Positions 54,001-59,459 of a stretch of DNA of 59,459 nucleotides are shown here, one piece after another. The notes below the pieces were generated by a model, which did not search any database, was not told the origin of the DNA, and worked only from the letters and a program-made list of their open reading frames with translations. The position numbers and the translations under genes were made by a program. Source of the stretch: Eubacteriales bacterium (GTDB lineage: Bacteria; Bacillota; Clostridia; Oscillospirales; CAG-272); contig JAZNUO010000108.1 of assembly GCA_045592305.1 (NCBI GenBank), positions 1-59,459 of the forward strand. Direction: 5' to 3'. How positions within the stretch are numbered: position 1 is the stretch's first letter; every line of letters begins with the position of its first letter.

Positions 54001-56566
54001 CCAATGGTTCATGGCCAAGCAGGGCGGCGCGTGGGGTAACTATGTGTCGGTTGCGCGATTTGGAGAGGAGCAGTTCACGAACGAATTGTATTTCCCCATC
54101 AATTCCGACGGACGTCACCTGAAGTCCATGGCTGACGAGAATCCGAGTGCCGCAAGCCTGTATGCTCTTCTCAATATGAGCTTCACAAAGTCCCGTAACG
54201 AGAAGGCGAACAATCGCATTATCCTCTACAGTATTTTCGATGTATTCTCCAACCATATGGCAAGCATGGCACAGTATAACGCCATGGCTCTTCCTGTGCT
54301 GGATGCTATCAAGTGGTTCAATTACCAGCAAAAAGTAGACGGCGTGAATGGAGAGCGCATCATTAAGGACAGCGTTCGTGAGCAGATGGCGCGTGTGTAT
54401 GGTTCCCCCGAGGAAACGAGACCCGGAAGCGGCCGTCAGGGATATGCAGAGGCATTTATACTGAATATCCTGAAAGCGTTCAACGGGACCGAAGCCCAGG
54501 GCATTCCGTCCGACTCGCTCGGCACGAATACCCTTCGCCGATACAATATGGCACAGATCGCCTATAATACCCGCGTTGTCATCCAACAGCCGTTGGCCAT
54601 TACGAGAGCGGCGCTTTTGATAGACTACAAGTCGATCATTCGAGGTCTCGCCGGTAATACGACTGCACTCAAACAGAATATTGCCGAGATGCAGCAGCAT
54701 AGCGGTATCGCGGCCTGGAAATCCCTCGGCTTCTACGATGTCAACATATCCAGAGGACTGACCGATCTCATTAAGCACAAATCCACCGTTATGGATAAGA
54801 TCGGTGATGTGGGTATGTGGGGGGCTGAAATGGCTGACCTGTTTACTTGGGCTGGCATTTGGAGTGCCTGCAAGTCGGAGGTTATCAAGAAGCAGCGTAT
54901 TACTCCTGACCATGACGGATTCTACGAGGCTGTTACTTCGCTGTTTGAGGAAATCATTTATAAGACGCAGGTAGTCGACAGTATCCTGACTAAAAACGAG
55001 TACATGCGAAGCAAGGGATTCTTTGCAAGAGCAACCAGTTCGTTCATGTCGGAGCCTTGCGCGACCGCAAGTATGGCACTGGATGCCTACTACAAATACG
55101 ACACGGACATTAAAAACGGCATGACTCGCCAGCAGTCGTGGAAGAAGAACGGGAAGCTGATCGGCAGAACCATCTGTGTATATGCCGTGTCCCAAGCCAT
55201 GTTGGCAGCATTCCAGGCTATTTCCGATGCCTTCCGTGACGATGATGAATACGAGAGTTATCTCGAAAAATGGTTGGACGCATTCGGCGGTAACCTTGTG
55301 GATGAGCTTATGCCGCTCAACAAACTTCCGATCCTTTCTGATTTTTACGATCTTGCAAAGGAACTGCTTTCTATCCTCGGCGTGGATACCTACGGAAATC
55401 CTCCGCAATCGGTATTTATGCAATGGTACGACAGTTTAATAAAGGGTGTCAGTATCATCTATGACAAAATCATGGGCGAAGACACAAATTACAAGTGGTA
55501 TGGCGGCATTTACAAACTGCTACAGGCTGTATCTGGCATGACCGGTCTTCCTATGGCGGCGGTTACTCGTGAGATCGCAACCATTTGGAACAATACGGTT
55601 GGCGGTTTCGTACCGAGTCTTAAAATCAAGGATTATGAGCCTTCCGAACTGAACCAAATCAAATTCGCCTATCAGGACGGCTTCCTCACCGCTGAGGAAG
55701 CGCGTGAAGCCCTGCTGGAGAACGGTTTGGCGGACGATGATGATGAGGTTTATTGGATCCTGCAAGGCTGGGATGCGGGGGACAAATATTCCCGCTATGA
55801 CTCTCTTAATCAGGCTATGCTCAACGGTCAGTCTATTGACTCGGCAATGAGCGAGCTTATGGAGCATGGATACACCGAGAAAGAGGTTATTTCTCATGTG
55901 AGGAGTCAGATCGGTACATGGTATAAAGAGGGAGACATAACCAGAGAGCAGGCTGAAAAGTTGCTTTTGAAGTATGGGGAACTCAATACCCAGGAAATCA
56001 AGTCCATGGTCGATAAGTGGAGTTGCAAGATCGTCACCGGCATCAACTACGATGACATCAAGCACGAGTACCTGATCGGCAGTATCACCGAAGCCAGGGC
56101 CATTGAAATGAGACGGCTCTACGGCAATGAGACCCGCGAAAAGGCCGCTGAGACGGTCACCAAGTGGAAGTGCGAGAAGGAGGTCGGCATTGCGTATGAC
56201 GATATTCCCGACCGCATTATCAACGGTACTCTGTCGGCAGATGACGCCAAGGAGCTTTATGTCACATACGGCGGCTATACCAAGCAGGATGCCACCGAAA
56301 AGGTCGTGGCTCTTGACTTCGTCCGCCAGCATCCCGAGTGCAGAGGTATCTCGTATGCCGCTGTTAAGAGCTACAGGCAATACTGCGAAAAGGCAGGAGT
56401 CTCCGCTGAAGTTTTCTACGACGTTTGGAAGAAGCGCACCGAACTCAAGAAGAACGGTACAATGGCATACATCAACCGTCTGAATATTACCAGAATGCAG
56501 AAGGACAGCCTGTATCTGGCTATGGGATGGTCCTATAGCACTATCGCTGAAGCGCCCTGGCGTTAA
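42095..56566 (+). CDS. Giant polyvalent virion protein (4,823 aa): Gly/Ala-rich hydrophobic N-region, zincin module, DarB-like N6-adenine DNA methyltransferase plus SNF2/DEAH helicase, second zincin module, C-terminal region of about 1,100 aa
   Basis: A single stop-free frame. The ATG at 42095 follows AAAGGAGG. Motifs: FAHEFTHF (HExxH, 44699-44713); MTase motif I LEPSAGVGNF (47384-47413) and motif IV DVAISNVPFGNYPV (NVPF at 47585-47596); helicase Walker A GAGKT (49427-49441), DEAH (49913-49924) and motif VI QRNGRAFRQGN; second HExxH VILHEMIHAAT (52166-52180). Confidence 0.85.
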   Translation: MAFSEWQKKKKQQEQGVAPSSPTTDPQANTATQRPSFAEWHSKKKETSSAQGWLDSVNSFLGDVNNRYKGWNNSSDDYNSIFNRSQELLLAADGWRKQYAGDPNAVNAINQAVDSLGRAQEYSKAYYDFYSQFGSADEYDTWTRKQDFIQRYVEDPDMALVKGGYEPGWVEEAEYSKKYSSHATNPDGKMGWEKYLSDQQKPEEEETWLDAIGRYLGNGGIVDTTLPNAGVTQTIHDLRADDSWKHPQADWNQEQKNIYGSLYLDSPYEAEQFAIYTNRRNKEIAEADKMQKIRESATDNFGMGLLHSLGSIATSTMGMADFLANLAEANARGTMTDDGQVSPFEYSQAVQGGISEHLNQKSGTIDEKVPIFGGKGAGDLYSLGMSVLESTASMALGPGGTLVTFFGSAGASAMEDALNRGAEDWQAALYGLAAGVFEGLAEQIGIDNLFRLGGSTTVRETIKNILKQAGAEGAEEGLTALFTNIADNVILQEKSNYYELVSQYQLEGMDYNQARAKAWLESVEGVAYDTITGAVSGAVHAAPVMTGQYVSNRNHTANRIYGDNAADLVAEALEIDPSNTYAQKLKRKLDSGKTLSGAELNRLIKQNEKRIKDAETDTATEDTEETPPYPSEASTPQTETASPTESAPPHENASESEYEASEGTTPKTVADTTATRQTALNEAAKKYGAQAGAMDAIYKDGQDMDSFDRGIKIAFDMGRAGVSLSYAMTSDSTAYLTEKQRELAHGIGVDSSNSEASERSEDNKKKANGKTGRRIGTVKGEGVTIRDLRKTFNDTQGVAYKVLTTYAEATGIDIVLFKSEANEEGRFDGAQGRFVWKEDTIYIDINAGLANVKSVEDLAKYTMLRTFAHEFTHFIEKWNPIQYNEFRRVVFDAMTARGENVHDLIELKQAQTSGMSYDKASREVMAEAMADILPDSSFVQTLAENHKSIFNKLLEKLKEFVADLKAYFRTIGSTSSREARALKEQVGESLKYVENIVSMFDRIAVEAVESYQLTVATDEAVVETPIPVEKPAPANVHDTPKNADNPAVKPNVAADATTDGDNGDAFSITVNAEYGTLEVKFDGKPSETVRNALKAHKFRWHGKKSVWYGKGERSDIVRVLRDAYKVEEATPSVATSDESNNKTSLIERAYQIGKKEAEAQRTIVPAAKSKDMNDLMKEAGNNLLPIIESFDKGVADEINRQTVSELDPSKDFDATSTSRSPSNTLESIRNRYPGKFIIYQNEDGSYSIPDLNVSYPSNWDVSKAIDAVAKSRDVVLVQGDKITEYPARKVSDSADSDTSTTQNGAIMAEEAAEVVETSNETEVVKEERPVAISEEDLIQEKKAFDKKFGAIDKSKWMVTDFAPPKKGQFILDGSLAIRASDRELVVARAEYGRKHNLPSFGFIPEHLSEVLKKATTLVTEPPVVIGGHPKPLFVFTFDGKSHFWDKKRLSALDGNTFYVGDFQGKYKILKAVDENGEIAGFVLPVNPRNLTITDPTPSKLKTFSKKKQATTKTTEEVTANADNQGSVLQSDSDREGDSRLLDEVEARDVHGDVRAGDAVGDPVQRGQETGRSGLRSDSSTGDVGGHGDGGRESADLRRDGGLTEESSEPATDTNVGDTADSASAEVLHEDVAEEIARKSTEKPKGRNFVIGDSLNLPNGDKARYKANVEAIRLVKQLESEGRYATEDEQVILSKYVGWGGLANAFDSRKAEWAREYAELAELLTKEEYESARGSTLNAHYTDISVIKAMYDGLAGLGFDGGMMLEPSAGVGNFVGAMPSAMSAKVRGWTMVELDGITGLIAKYLYPNANVQIQGFESTVIPDNFMDVAISNVPFGNYPVTDKAYPKKITSAIHNYFFAKALDKVRPGGIVMFITSAYTMNARETTVRNYIMQKADLLGAIRLPDSAFKSNAGTEVVTDILILKKRPPHTPYAGVDFLEAPFTTLSNESYNGAYINTYFTEHPEMVLGTPSLTGSMYRGDSLTYKAFTDRGSLADQIREAFTHIEGKMDYPQSLSKERTNFAVERASKKTKKNGYEVKDGKIYRNQDGELVEQQIPEKTAERIKGLLGIRDAHRTLVTCQQQGVNDAEIKKARAALNKLYDDFVKRYGFINAPANRNAFRDDPDRHTLISLEIYDPDTKTAKKSDVFRVNTITPNRTITSAATVSEGLIISRNETGSVDIGMIAKLTGKSEVDVTRELLESRLVYKTKDGNLEAAETYLSGNVRAKLRDAEAMLPFDADYAMNIEALKAVVPKDVACEDIFVNPGTPWIPNSVYSDFAAYILGGRNYEFNPAVIVTRNRDTGNFTVDVRGKYLKNTVANLQKWGTSRRTFLDIFDALLNSRSIVVKNKLDDGSFVVDADATAAANEKMEAIGKEFQDWLWRDEARRDELTRLYNETFNALVTPKYNGDNLTVNGANAAKPLRPHQRDAVQRVIASGGNTLLAHKVGAGKTYEMAAAAMKLKQLGLVKKPMFAVPKSLVAQWGNEFMDFFPTAKLLVADENDFTPANRRVFINRIANGDYDAVILSYEQFEKIPVSDDFAKDLYQEQIDSVIAAIEEARANQGEKALSIKDLEKKRKTLQAKIDRLTSKPKDDDNILFEQLGVDSLFVDEAHNFKNLFYTTSMTNVAGLGNKDGAERAFDLYTKVRYLQRLNGGRGIVFATATPVMNSMSEMYIIQKYLQPDLLEQLGLTSFDAWAKQFGEVVNGVEIKPSGQGYRVKQSFSRFKNLSELQLLFRNFADVLTEIPGLKIPKMKGGKVNVVVCEPSEFQQDYMKLLEERAEHIKNVDPSVDNMLKITSDGRKISYTQRMIDPSLPYEEGCKIFRCADNVVATYKESAKIKGTQLIFCDMATPKGKSKAQSSATDESEMDMESAHLYEDIRARLIEKGIPAKEIAFIHDADTDSKKKKLFADVNEGKVRVLIGSTAKMGVGMNAQKRVVAIHHLDAPWRPGDVEQRNGRAFRQGNINDEVECFTYVTEGSFDARLWDILERKQNFIDQIMNGEDVGREAEDTGEVTLSAAEVKALASGSPWIMEQVQIESDIKKLESLYRAHTASIREARIRLSRSIGDVAMYEKSLAAVREDLKARKDTYSEENFSITIGNKNYTVKKDAGVAFIREAVAKAKESDYVTIATFAGFELKVIKTPEGVKGMMFGKQSYPFNVYPGNSSYQITGLVNLVSGLDARVNMLESDLAAARNNIAEQEKIINTPFAKQAELDKKRARLKELMALLNPKEEQQIASMDEDTVQEQSRAYLDDFTDNVPVKVDEIGENYGLTLREYSLQEISNIFYRGRSIGVEYDMLFDRVYDFCKNAGITFEVLPTIKNDKGEVVPGVSSGDRVSLNQESFNEENLSNERKSMVILHEMIHAATTYAIKAYLRIRKGDVTVKMPKDIYDSCVQIVRVFQSIKSDPNFENQYGIEKITEMIAELSNPEFVTLLKMSYPSMWHEFLDFVCRLFGINKRFTNYATLKKAVDEILSHPDYGLASRYYEQFWLHNPRFYLDESQFYDANEQNQQRTNTLTDREVLSMAAERLEGYPDLTDGERDALRIFKDHLNTLHLLQEERAQQGRLYKEQQFGAKVDKAAATETLNRMHVLDDRIRATNDALLSVENKEVLRRVLVKARKVVEEQEQQHGKEILDRWRERTKNAAAIKKYRERIQSDVNDLYNWITKPDNKDIVKHVPDVLKNAVIPFLTSIDFTSKQQLRGGEATKGDKEFVAKLDRLKKALKEDIDMDGMYSGYTDLPVDFMDELQEFIDAVQEILDDGADEFVINRMTGDELKELSKLVRTLKKFITQINRFHVNAMFQHVYEAGDSTINDLSHMASDNGRANGVSNFVFWQQLRPAYAFERFGNGGLSIYDGLRRGQAQLAFNTQKIVKFSREAYTEKEVKEWEDSVVEVKLDSGTVKMKVSHMMSFYELSKQPDSLRHILTGGIRVATFKDGEKIADRGHKISEDDVKTIIGTLTPRQKKVADDLQWFMAKQGGAWGNYVSVARFGEEQFTNELYFPINSDGRHLKSMADENPSAASLYALLNMSFTKSRNEKANNRIILYSIFDVFSNHMASMAQYNAMALPVLDAIKWFNYQQKVDGVNGERIIKDSVREQMARVYGSPEETRPGSGRQGYAEAFILNILKAFNGTEAQGIPSDSLGTNTLRRYNMAQIAYNTRVVIQQPLAITRAALLIDYKSIIRGLAGNTTALKQNIAEMQQHSGIAAWKSLGFYDVNISRGLTDLIKHKSTVMDKIGDVGMWGAEMADLFTWAGIWSACKSEVIKKQRITPDHDGFYEAVTSLFEEIIYKTQVVDSILTKNEYMRSKGFFARATSSFMSEPCATASMALDAYYKYDTDIKNGMTRQQSWKKNGKLIGRTICVYAVSQAMLAAFQAISDAFRDDDEYESYLEKWLDAFGGNLVDELMPLNKLPILSDFYDLAKELLSILGVDTYGNPPQSVFMQWYDSLIKGVSIIYDKIMGEDTNYKWYGGIYKLLQAVSGMTGLPMAAVTREIATIWNNTVGGFVPSLKIKDYEPSELNQIKFAYQDGFLTAEEAREALLENGLADDDDEVYWILQGWDAGDKYSRYDSLNQAMLNGQSIDSAMSELMEHGYTEKEVISHVRSQIGTWYKEGDITREQAEKLLLKYGELNTQEIKSMVDKWSCKIVTGINYDDIKHEYLIGSITEARAIEMRRLYGNETREKAAETVTKWKCEKEVGIAYDDIPDRIINGTLSADDAKELYVTYGGYTKQDATEKVVALDFVRQHPECRGISYAAVKSYRQYCEKAGVSAEVFYDVWKKRTELKKNGTMAYINRLNITRMQKDSLYLAMGWSYSTIAEAPWR
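44400..44900 (+). other. Domain: zincin-like metallopeptidase module 1 of the polyvalent protein
   Basis: The HExxH motif in TMLRTFAHEFTHFIEKW is preceded by a beta-rich segment (IDIVLFKSE...GRFVWKEDTIYIDINAG). Boundaries are approximate. Confidence 0.55.
46653..46901 (+). CDS. Embedded +1-frame gene inside the giant gene: small helical protein, TnpV-like by pattern
   Basis: Strong SD GAGGAGGT (46637-46644) lies 8 nt before the ATG. An in-frame TAA (46644-46646) precedes it, so the ORF is self-contained. The 82 codons have G/C-ending codon usage like genuine genes of this phage. MLITKDQYYSLTVIGKEIHDYWMKSKPEMYMEMYEQGTLWETL...GMSVDMAMEVVRAQIYDEMAD. Confidence 0.45.
   Translation: MLITKDQYYSLTVIGKEIHDYWMKSKPEMYMEMYEQGTLWETLYREDKRLDDLACDLIAVQGMSVDMAMEVVRAQIYDEMAD
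47030..47900 (+). other. Domain: N6-adenine DNA methyltransferase (gamma-class order, motif I before motif IV)
   Basis: NFVIGDS...KYVGWGGLANAFD lead-in, LEPSAGVGNF, NVPFG. This layout is what I recall for P1 DarB-like and ICE MTase-helicase fusion proteins. Confidence 0.75.
49350..51000 (+). other. Domain: SNF2/DEAH-box helicase (both RecA lobes)
   Basis: RPHQRDAV, LLAHKVGAGKTYEM, FVDEAHNFKN, ATATPVMNS, STAKMGVGMNAQ, HLDAPWRPGDVEQRNGRAFRQGN. Confidence 0.8.
52090..52480 (+). other. Domain: second zincin-like module, in a locally AT-rich patch
   Basis: KSMVILHEMIHAATTYAIKAY. Hand count gives about 33% GC for 52201-52260 and about 42% for 52261-52320, against mid-50s or higher around it. Confidence 0.55.
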
Positions 56567-56578
56567 TCATTTCCCTGT

Positions 56579-56609
56579 GGGGGTAGGTTTAAAACCTGCC
56601 CCCTTTTTT
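56579..56609 (+). terminator. Rho-independent terminator after the giant gene
   Basis: GGGGGTAGGTT (56579-56589) pairs with AACCTGCCCCC (56593-56603): 11 positions with one G-U and a 3-nt loop, followed by TTTTTT. Confidence 0.7.
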
Positions 56610-56617
56610 GCTATAAT
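56609..56617 (+). promoter_or_regulatory. Extended -10 element (TGcTATAAT) upstream of the tail-fibre gene
   Basis: TG at 56609-56610, C, then TATAAT at 56612-56617. I found no convincing -35. It lies 27 nt upstream of the ATG at 56644, which has SD AAAGGAGG. Confidence 0.4.
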
Positions 56618-56643
56618 CATAGCATACAGAAAGGAGGTCGGAC

Positions 56644-59454
56644 ATGACTTCGGTTTTCAGAATTTCACTTGACATCCACCAGACGCAGTCTCAGGTATCG
56701 ATTCCCGCAAGCATGGGAGCCGATAATGTGCGCCTGATTATCCGACTGACTGAGAAAGGAAATCCGTTTGAGATCGACGACGGAAGCTACGCTATTTTCT
56801 CGGCAGTCAAACCCGATGGGAATCCCCTTTACAATGACTGTGCCATCTACCGCAACAGTACTATTGTGTACGACTTTACCAAGCAGACGACCGCAGTGGA
56901 GGGTATCACTAAGTGCCAGATCCACTTGTACGACCCCTATGGTCACAAACTGCACTCGCCTCGTTTCCAGATCGTAGTTCACCCCGAGATTTACGGCAAG
57001 GAGATCGAATCCACCACAGAGTATAGCGCATTGGAAGCGTTTATCCAGGCCAAGGGTGATATGGAACTGGACATTGCCGCCAACGCCTCCGCTATCACCG
57101 CGCTGAAGGAGAAGGTCACGACCGCAGGCTCCGTCACCATCCCCGTAAGCCAGTGGGAGGACGATTCTCCTACAACTGCATCTTTTACGATTGAGGGCTT
57201 AGGAAACGGCATGACAGCCCTGCTCTATCCCATCGACAAAAAATCGAAGGACGAGGCGATCAGAGTTAAAATGTCCGCAAATCCTATGCTTCGGTACGTT
57301 GAGGGAGATACTATTGTGGAGGCAATTATCCCGAGCGCAGATAATGTGCCGACCATCCCGATAGATCTCAACTACATTATCATCAAGTCGGATAACTCTG
57401 ACGAGTGGGCGCGCGCAGTCATTATTGGCGTAGATGCCTACGGAGGCGTGGATGAGGAGGCGGTCAGAAAAATCATCGAGGAAAACGCAGACCCCAAGGG
57501 AACCGCAAAAGATTTGACCGATGCTCTCAAGGCGGAGGTAGATAAAAAAATTGAGAACTTTACCACGGGAACTGAAGTAAACAAAAAAATCGGCGAGCAT
57601 AACGTCTCGACAAATTCGCACGGTGATATTCGGAATGCCATCGCAGAAAACTATAGGTTGATCCAAAATCTGTTAGGAGCAGACGAGGAAACGGTGGCGA
57701 CGTTGCAGGAGCTCCTGAAAAATCTGGAGGAGCACAAGACCGACGCAGTGACCGTCTTAGCCGGCAAGGTAGACAAGTCTAACATCGTAATGTCAAGCGA
57801 GGCCCTCCAGGACGGAGGCACCGATAAGGTAGTGAGCGCGGCTGTAGGCTTGCAGATCTGGAATTTGATCAAGGATCTGGAGGAGGGTAAGGCGACCCCC
57901 GAGCAGGTGTCCGAAGCCATATCCAACGCCCTGAAAGAGTACATCAAGACCGCCGATGCGGATAAAAGGTACGCTGACAAGACATCAACCGAAACCACGC
58001 TGACCGAGCACGGCGGAAAAATCGCCGATCTGGAAAAGGCGTTAGAGGGATCGACGGTAGAGAGTGCTGAGTCTTTAGAATGGCTCGAGCAGTACGGCGA
58101 CAAAAGCAAGACGTACGTCCTACCCGACGGCTATAAATATACTTACAGAGCAGAAACGGTAGAAGTAATTTATAACGCCAACACAGCCGAGGGCGAACAC
58201 CCGAGACTTGTAGACAAGTTTCCCGGAGGTACGTACGGCGACGGCTATCCGGCCTCAGTAAGCGGTGTCCTGACATCTGCTCTTATCCCTATTGACCCGA
58301 CAAAAGTGTCTCCCGATGCAACCAATAGAGACGAGTCTCTGGTTGAGGTCAGATGGACAGAGATTGAGGGCGACGACACTAAGGAGGAAGATATATTTTT
58401 ATATCCTCTGTATAAGGAGCCGTCTAAATCGTCAATCTGGACGGACTATTACAACGCGAGCGGCACCCGAATTATGGCTAACAAAGGGTCGGTTATGACC
58501 GGAATTGGCACGGACGCAGAAATAAACCTGCCGTTGTCATATCAGCTTTGCAACCCCGCACATTTTGCAGCAAGCAACTGGGCCGATGTGGCTGGCGTAA
58601 GAATCTCTATCGGCGTTAATCCTAATGGAGACGTTACTGAGGAGCAGCTTGATCGTATAAAAATTCTGGCAACTTTTTTGAAGGAAACGAAAGAGGTTTA
58701 CGGATGGTATTCAACTGGCGAACTTAACTCCGATGACCCCGCCGTCCAAGAGAACGCCAAGAACATTGCCGATCTGCAAGAGAGAATGGCCGCCGTCGAG
58801 GAGGAGTTGGAGCAGAGCGGAGTGAGCACAGAGCCTCTTTTTGCGAAACTCGGCCTCATCGGCGATAGCCTCACCAACCAGACCACGCAGGGCTGGCAGG
58901 AGCTGGCGGTGTCTATGCTCGGCGGTCCCGAGTGGCATAAAAACGCCGTTACGGGATCGTCCGTCGCTAACTACGGCGACGGGAGAGAGAGCGGCTACAC
59001 GCCCTTCGTGGAGCGCTATCTCAACACCCCCTCCGACTGCGACTGCATCGTAATCATGGGCGGCAGTAATGACGCGACATACCAATACAATTACGAGCTG
59101 GGCACGGTAGGCGTGCTGGCGAACAACACCTATAAAGGCGCGTACTGCACCATCATCGAGGGGCTGCTTGAGCGCAACCCAGCGACCCGCATCATGCTCA
59201 TGACCCCTCCCAGACTGTATACCGCCCAGAAAGTTCTGAGTACCCACATCCAAAAGTATGTAGAAGCCACCAAGGAGATCGCCAAATACTATGGCTTGCC
59301 CTGCCTTGACCTTTATTACACCCTCGGCTGGAACGATAAGACCGCCGCGTGGTGCTCGGCGAATTTTGCCGGAGACGATCCCGTCCACTTTAGCAAGGCA
59401 ATCGGGCCCCGCGTAGGTCGGATGGTAGCCAATTTTATCAGACGATACTATTGA
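56644..59454 (+). CDS. Tail fibre/receptor-binding protein: BppU_N-like N-terminus, coiled-coil shaft, C-terminal SGNH/GDSL esterase domain
   Basis: The N-terminus FRISLDIHQTQSQVSIPASMGADNVRLIIRLTEKGNPFEIDDGSYAIFSAVKPDG is like the baseplate upper protein N-domain. The C-terminus has SGNH blocks: LIGDSLTNQ (GDS), IVIMGGSNDA (GxND), DDPVHF (DxxH). Confidence 0.8.
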   Translation: MTSVFRISLDIHQTQSQVSIPASMGADNVRLIIRLTEKGNPFEIDDGSYAIFSAVKPDGNPLYNDCAIYRNSTIVYDFTKQTTAVEGITKCQIHLYDPYGHKLHSPRFQIVVHPEIYGKEIESTTEYSALEAFIQAKGDMELDIAANASAITALKEKVTTAGSVTIPVSQWEDDSPTTASFTIEGLGNGMTALLYPIDKKSKDEAIRVKMSANPMLRYVEGDTIVEAIIPSADNVPTIPIDLNYIIIKSDNSDEWARAVIIGVDAYGGVDEEAVRKIIEENADPKGTAKDLTDALKAEVDKKIENFTTGTEVNKKIGEHNVSTNSHGDIRNAIAENYRLIQNLLGADEETVATLQELLKNLEEHKTDAVTVLAGKVDKSNIVMSSEALQDGGTDKVVSAAVGLQIWNLIKDLEEGKATPEQVSEAISNALKEYIKTADADKRYADKTSTETTLTEHGGKIADLEKALEGSTVESAESLEWLEQYGDKSKTYVLPDGYKYTYRAETVEVIYNANTAEGEHPRLVDKFPGGTYGDGYPASVSGVLTSALIPIDPTKVSPDATNRDESLVEVRWTEIEGDDTKEEDIFLYPLYKEPSKSSIWTDYYNASGTRIMANKGSVMTGIGTDAEINLPLSYQLCNPAHFAASNWADVAGVRISIGVNPNGDVTEEQLDRIKILATFLKETKEVYGWYSTGELNSDDPAVQENAKNIADLQERMAAVEEELEQSGVSTEPLFAKLGLIGDSLTNQTTQGWQELAVSMLGGPEWHKNAVTGSSVANYGDGRESGYTPFVERYLNTPSDCDCIVIMGGSNDATYQYNYELGTVGVLANNTYKGAYCTIIEGLLERNPATRIMLMTPPRLYTAQKVLSTHIQKYVEATKEIAKYYGLPCLDLYYTLGWNDKTAAWCSANFAGDDPVHFSKAIGPRVGRMVANFIRRYY

Positions 59455-59459
59455 GGAGG

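Larger units (their letters stand above)
18018..59459. mobile_element. Integrated temperate phage (prophage), left end to beyond the right window edge
   Basis: A tRNA-fragment att site, integrase, repressor/Cro switch, replication module, terminase, portal, capsid and tail fibre occur in canonical order. No lysis cassette or attR appears inside the window. Confidence 0.9.

Noticed and set aside
21247-55423. Very long minus-strand ORFs across the prophage (e.g. 21247..22290, 32126..33457, 35365..36894, 36768..38165, 47129..48310, 48479..51238 at 919 aa, 53714..55423 at 569 aa)
   Set aside because: All are antisense to plus-strand genes with clear motifs (ATPase, terminase, scaffold/capsid, MTase/helicase). 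Their products are Leu/Gly/Val/Arg/Asp-rich with no motifs, and they lack SD sequences. GC3-rich genes typically leave the antisense frame open.

Overview
The window has three blocks that differ in composition and function. (A) 1-1.33 kb is GC-rich. It holds the last 48 codons of a recombinase gene and an HTH-Fic gene with a consensus promoter. (B) About 1.34-17.6 kb is visibly AT-richer: sampled 60-nt lines are about 38-45% GC, against about 60% in the flanks. Its genes all lie on the minus strand, overlap or nearly abut, and sit behind one consensus promoter, so it reads as one operon. The order is HTH regulator, a surface protein of about 2,950 aa with roughly three dozen ~70-aa tandem repeats, a 4-TM 593-aa protein, vWA, PP2C phosphatase, Ser/Thr kinase, vWA, and a Zn-ribbon/2-TM protein. 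The vWA/PP2C/kinase core matches the TerY-P triad but sits in an extended, undescribed context. (C) From about 18.02 kb to the window end is the left ~41 kb of an integrated temperate phage. A displaced tRNA 3' fragment with its terminator marks attL. The phage genes run: tyrosine integrase, small TM moron, XRE repressor, divergent consensus promoters, Cro-like gene, and a replication/recombination module (PAPS-reductase-like, Rad50-like zinc-hook ATPase, DUF669-like, MBL nuclease, replisome organizer with in-gene iterons, G39P-like loader). Then come an orphan C5 methyltransferase, small morons, TerS/TerL, portal, a Prp-like protease, scaffold and major capsid, and a few virion genes. No tape-measure, tube or sheath gene is recognisable. 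The block ends with one uninterrupted 4,823-codon gene for a polyvalent virion protein (zincin, DarB-like N6A-MTase plus SNF2 helicase, second zincin, long C-terminal region) and a BppU_N/SGNH-esterase tail fibre. The findings I rank highest are these: the giant polyvalent gene; a complete 82-codon gene with its own strong SD embedded in the +1 frame of that gene's linker; the extended TerY-P cassette coupled to the giant surface protein; and the Prp protease with matching L27-like LDLQLF cleavage motifs on scaffold and capsid. All homology calls come from motif recognition by eye. No database search was run.
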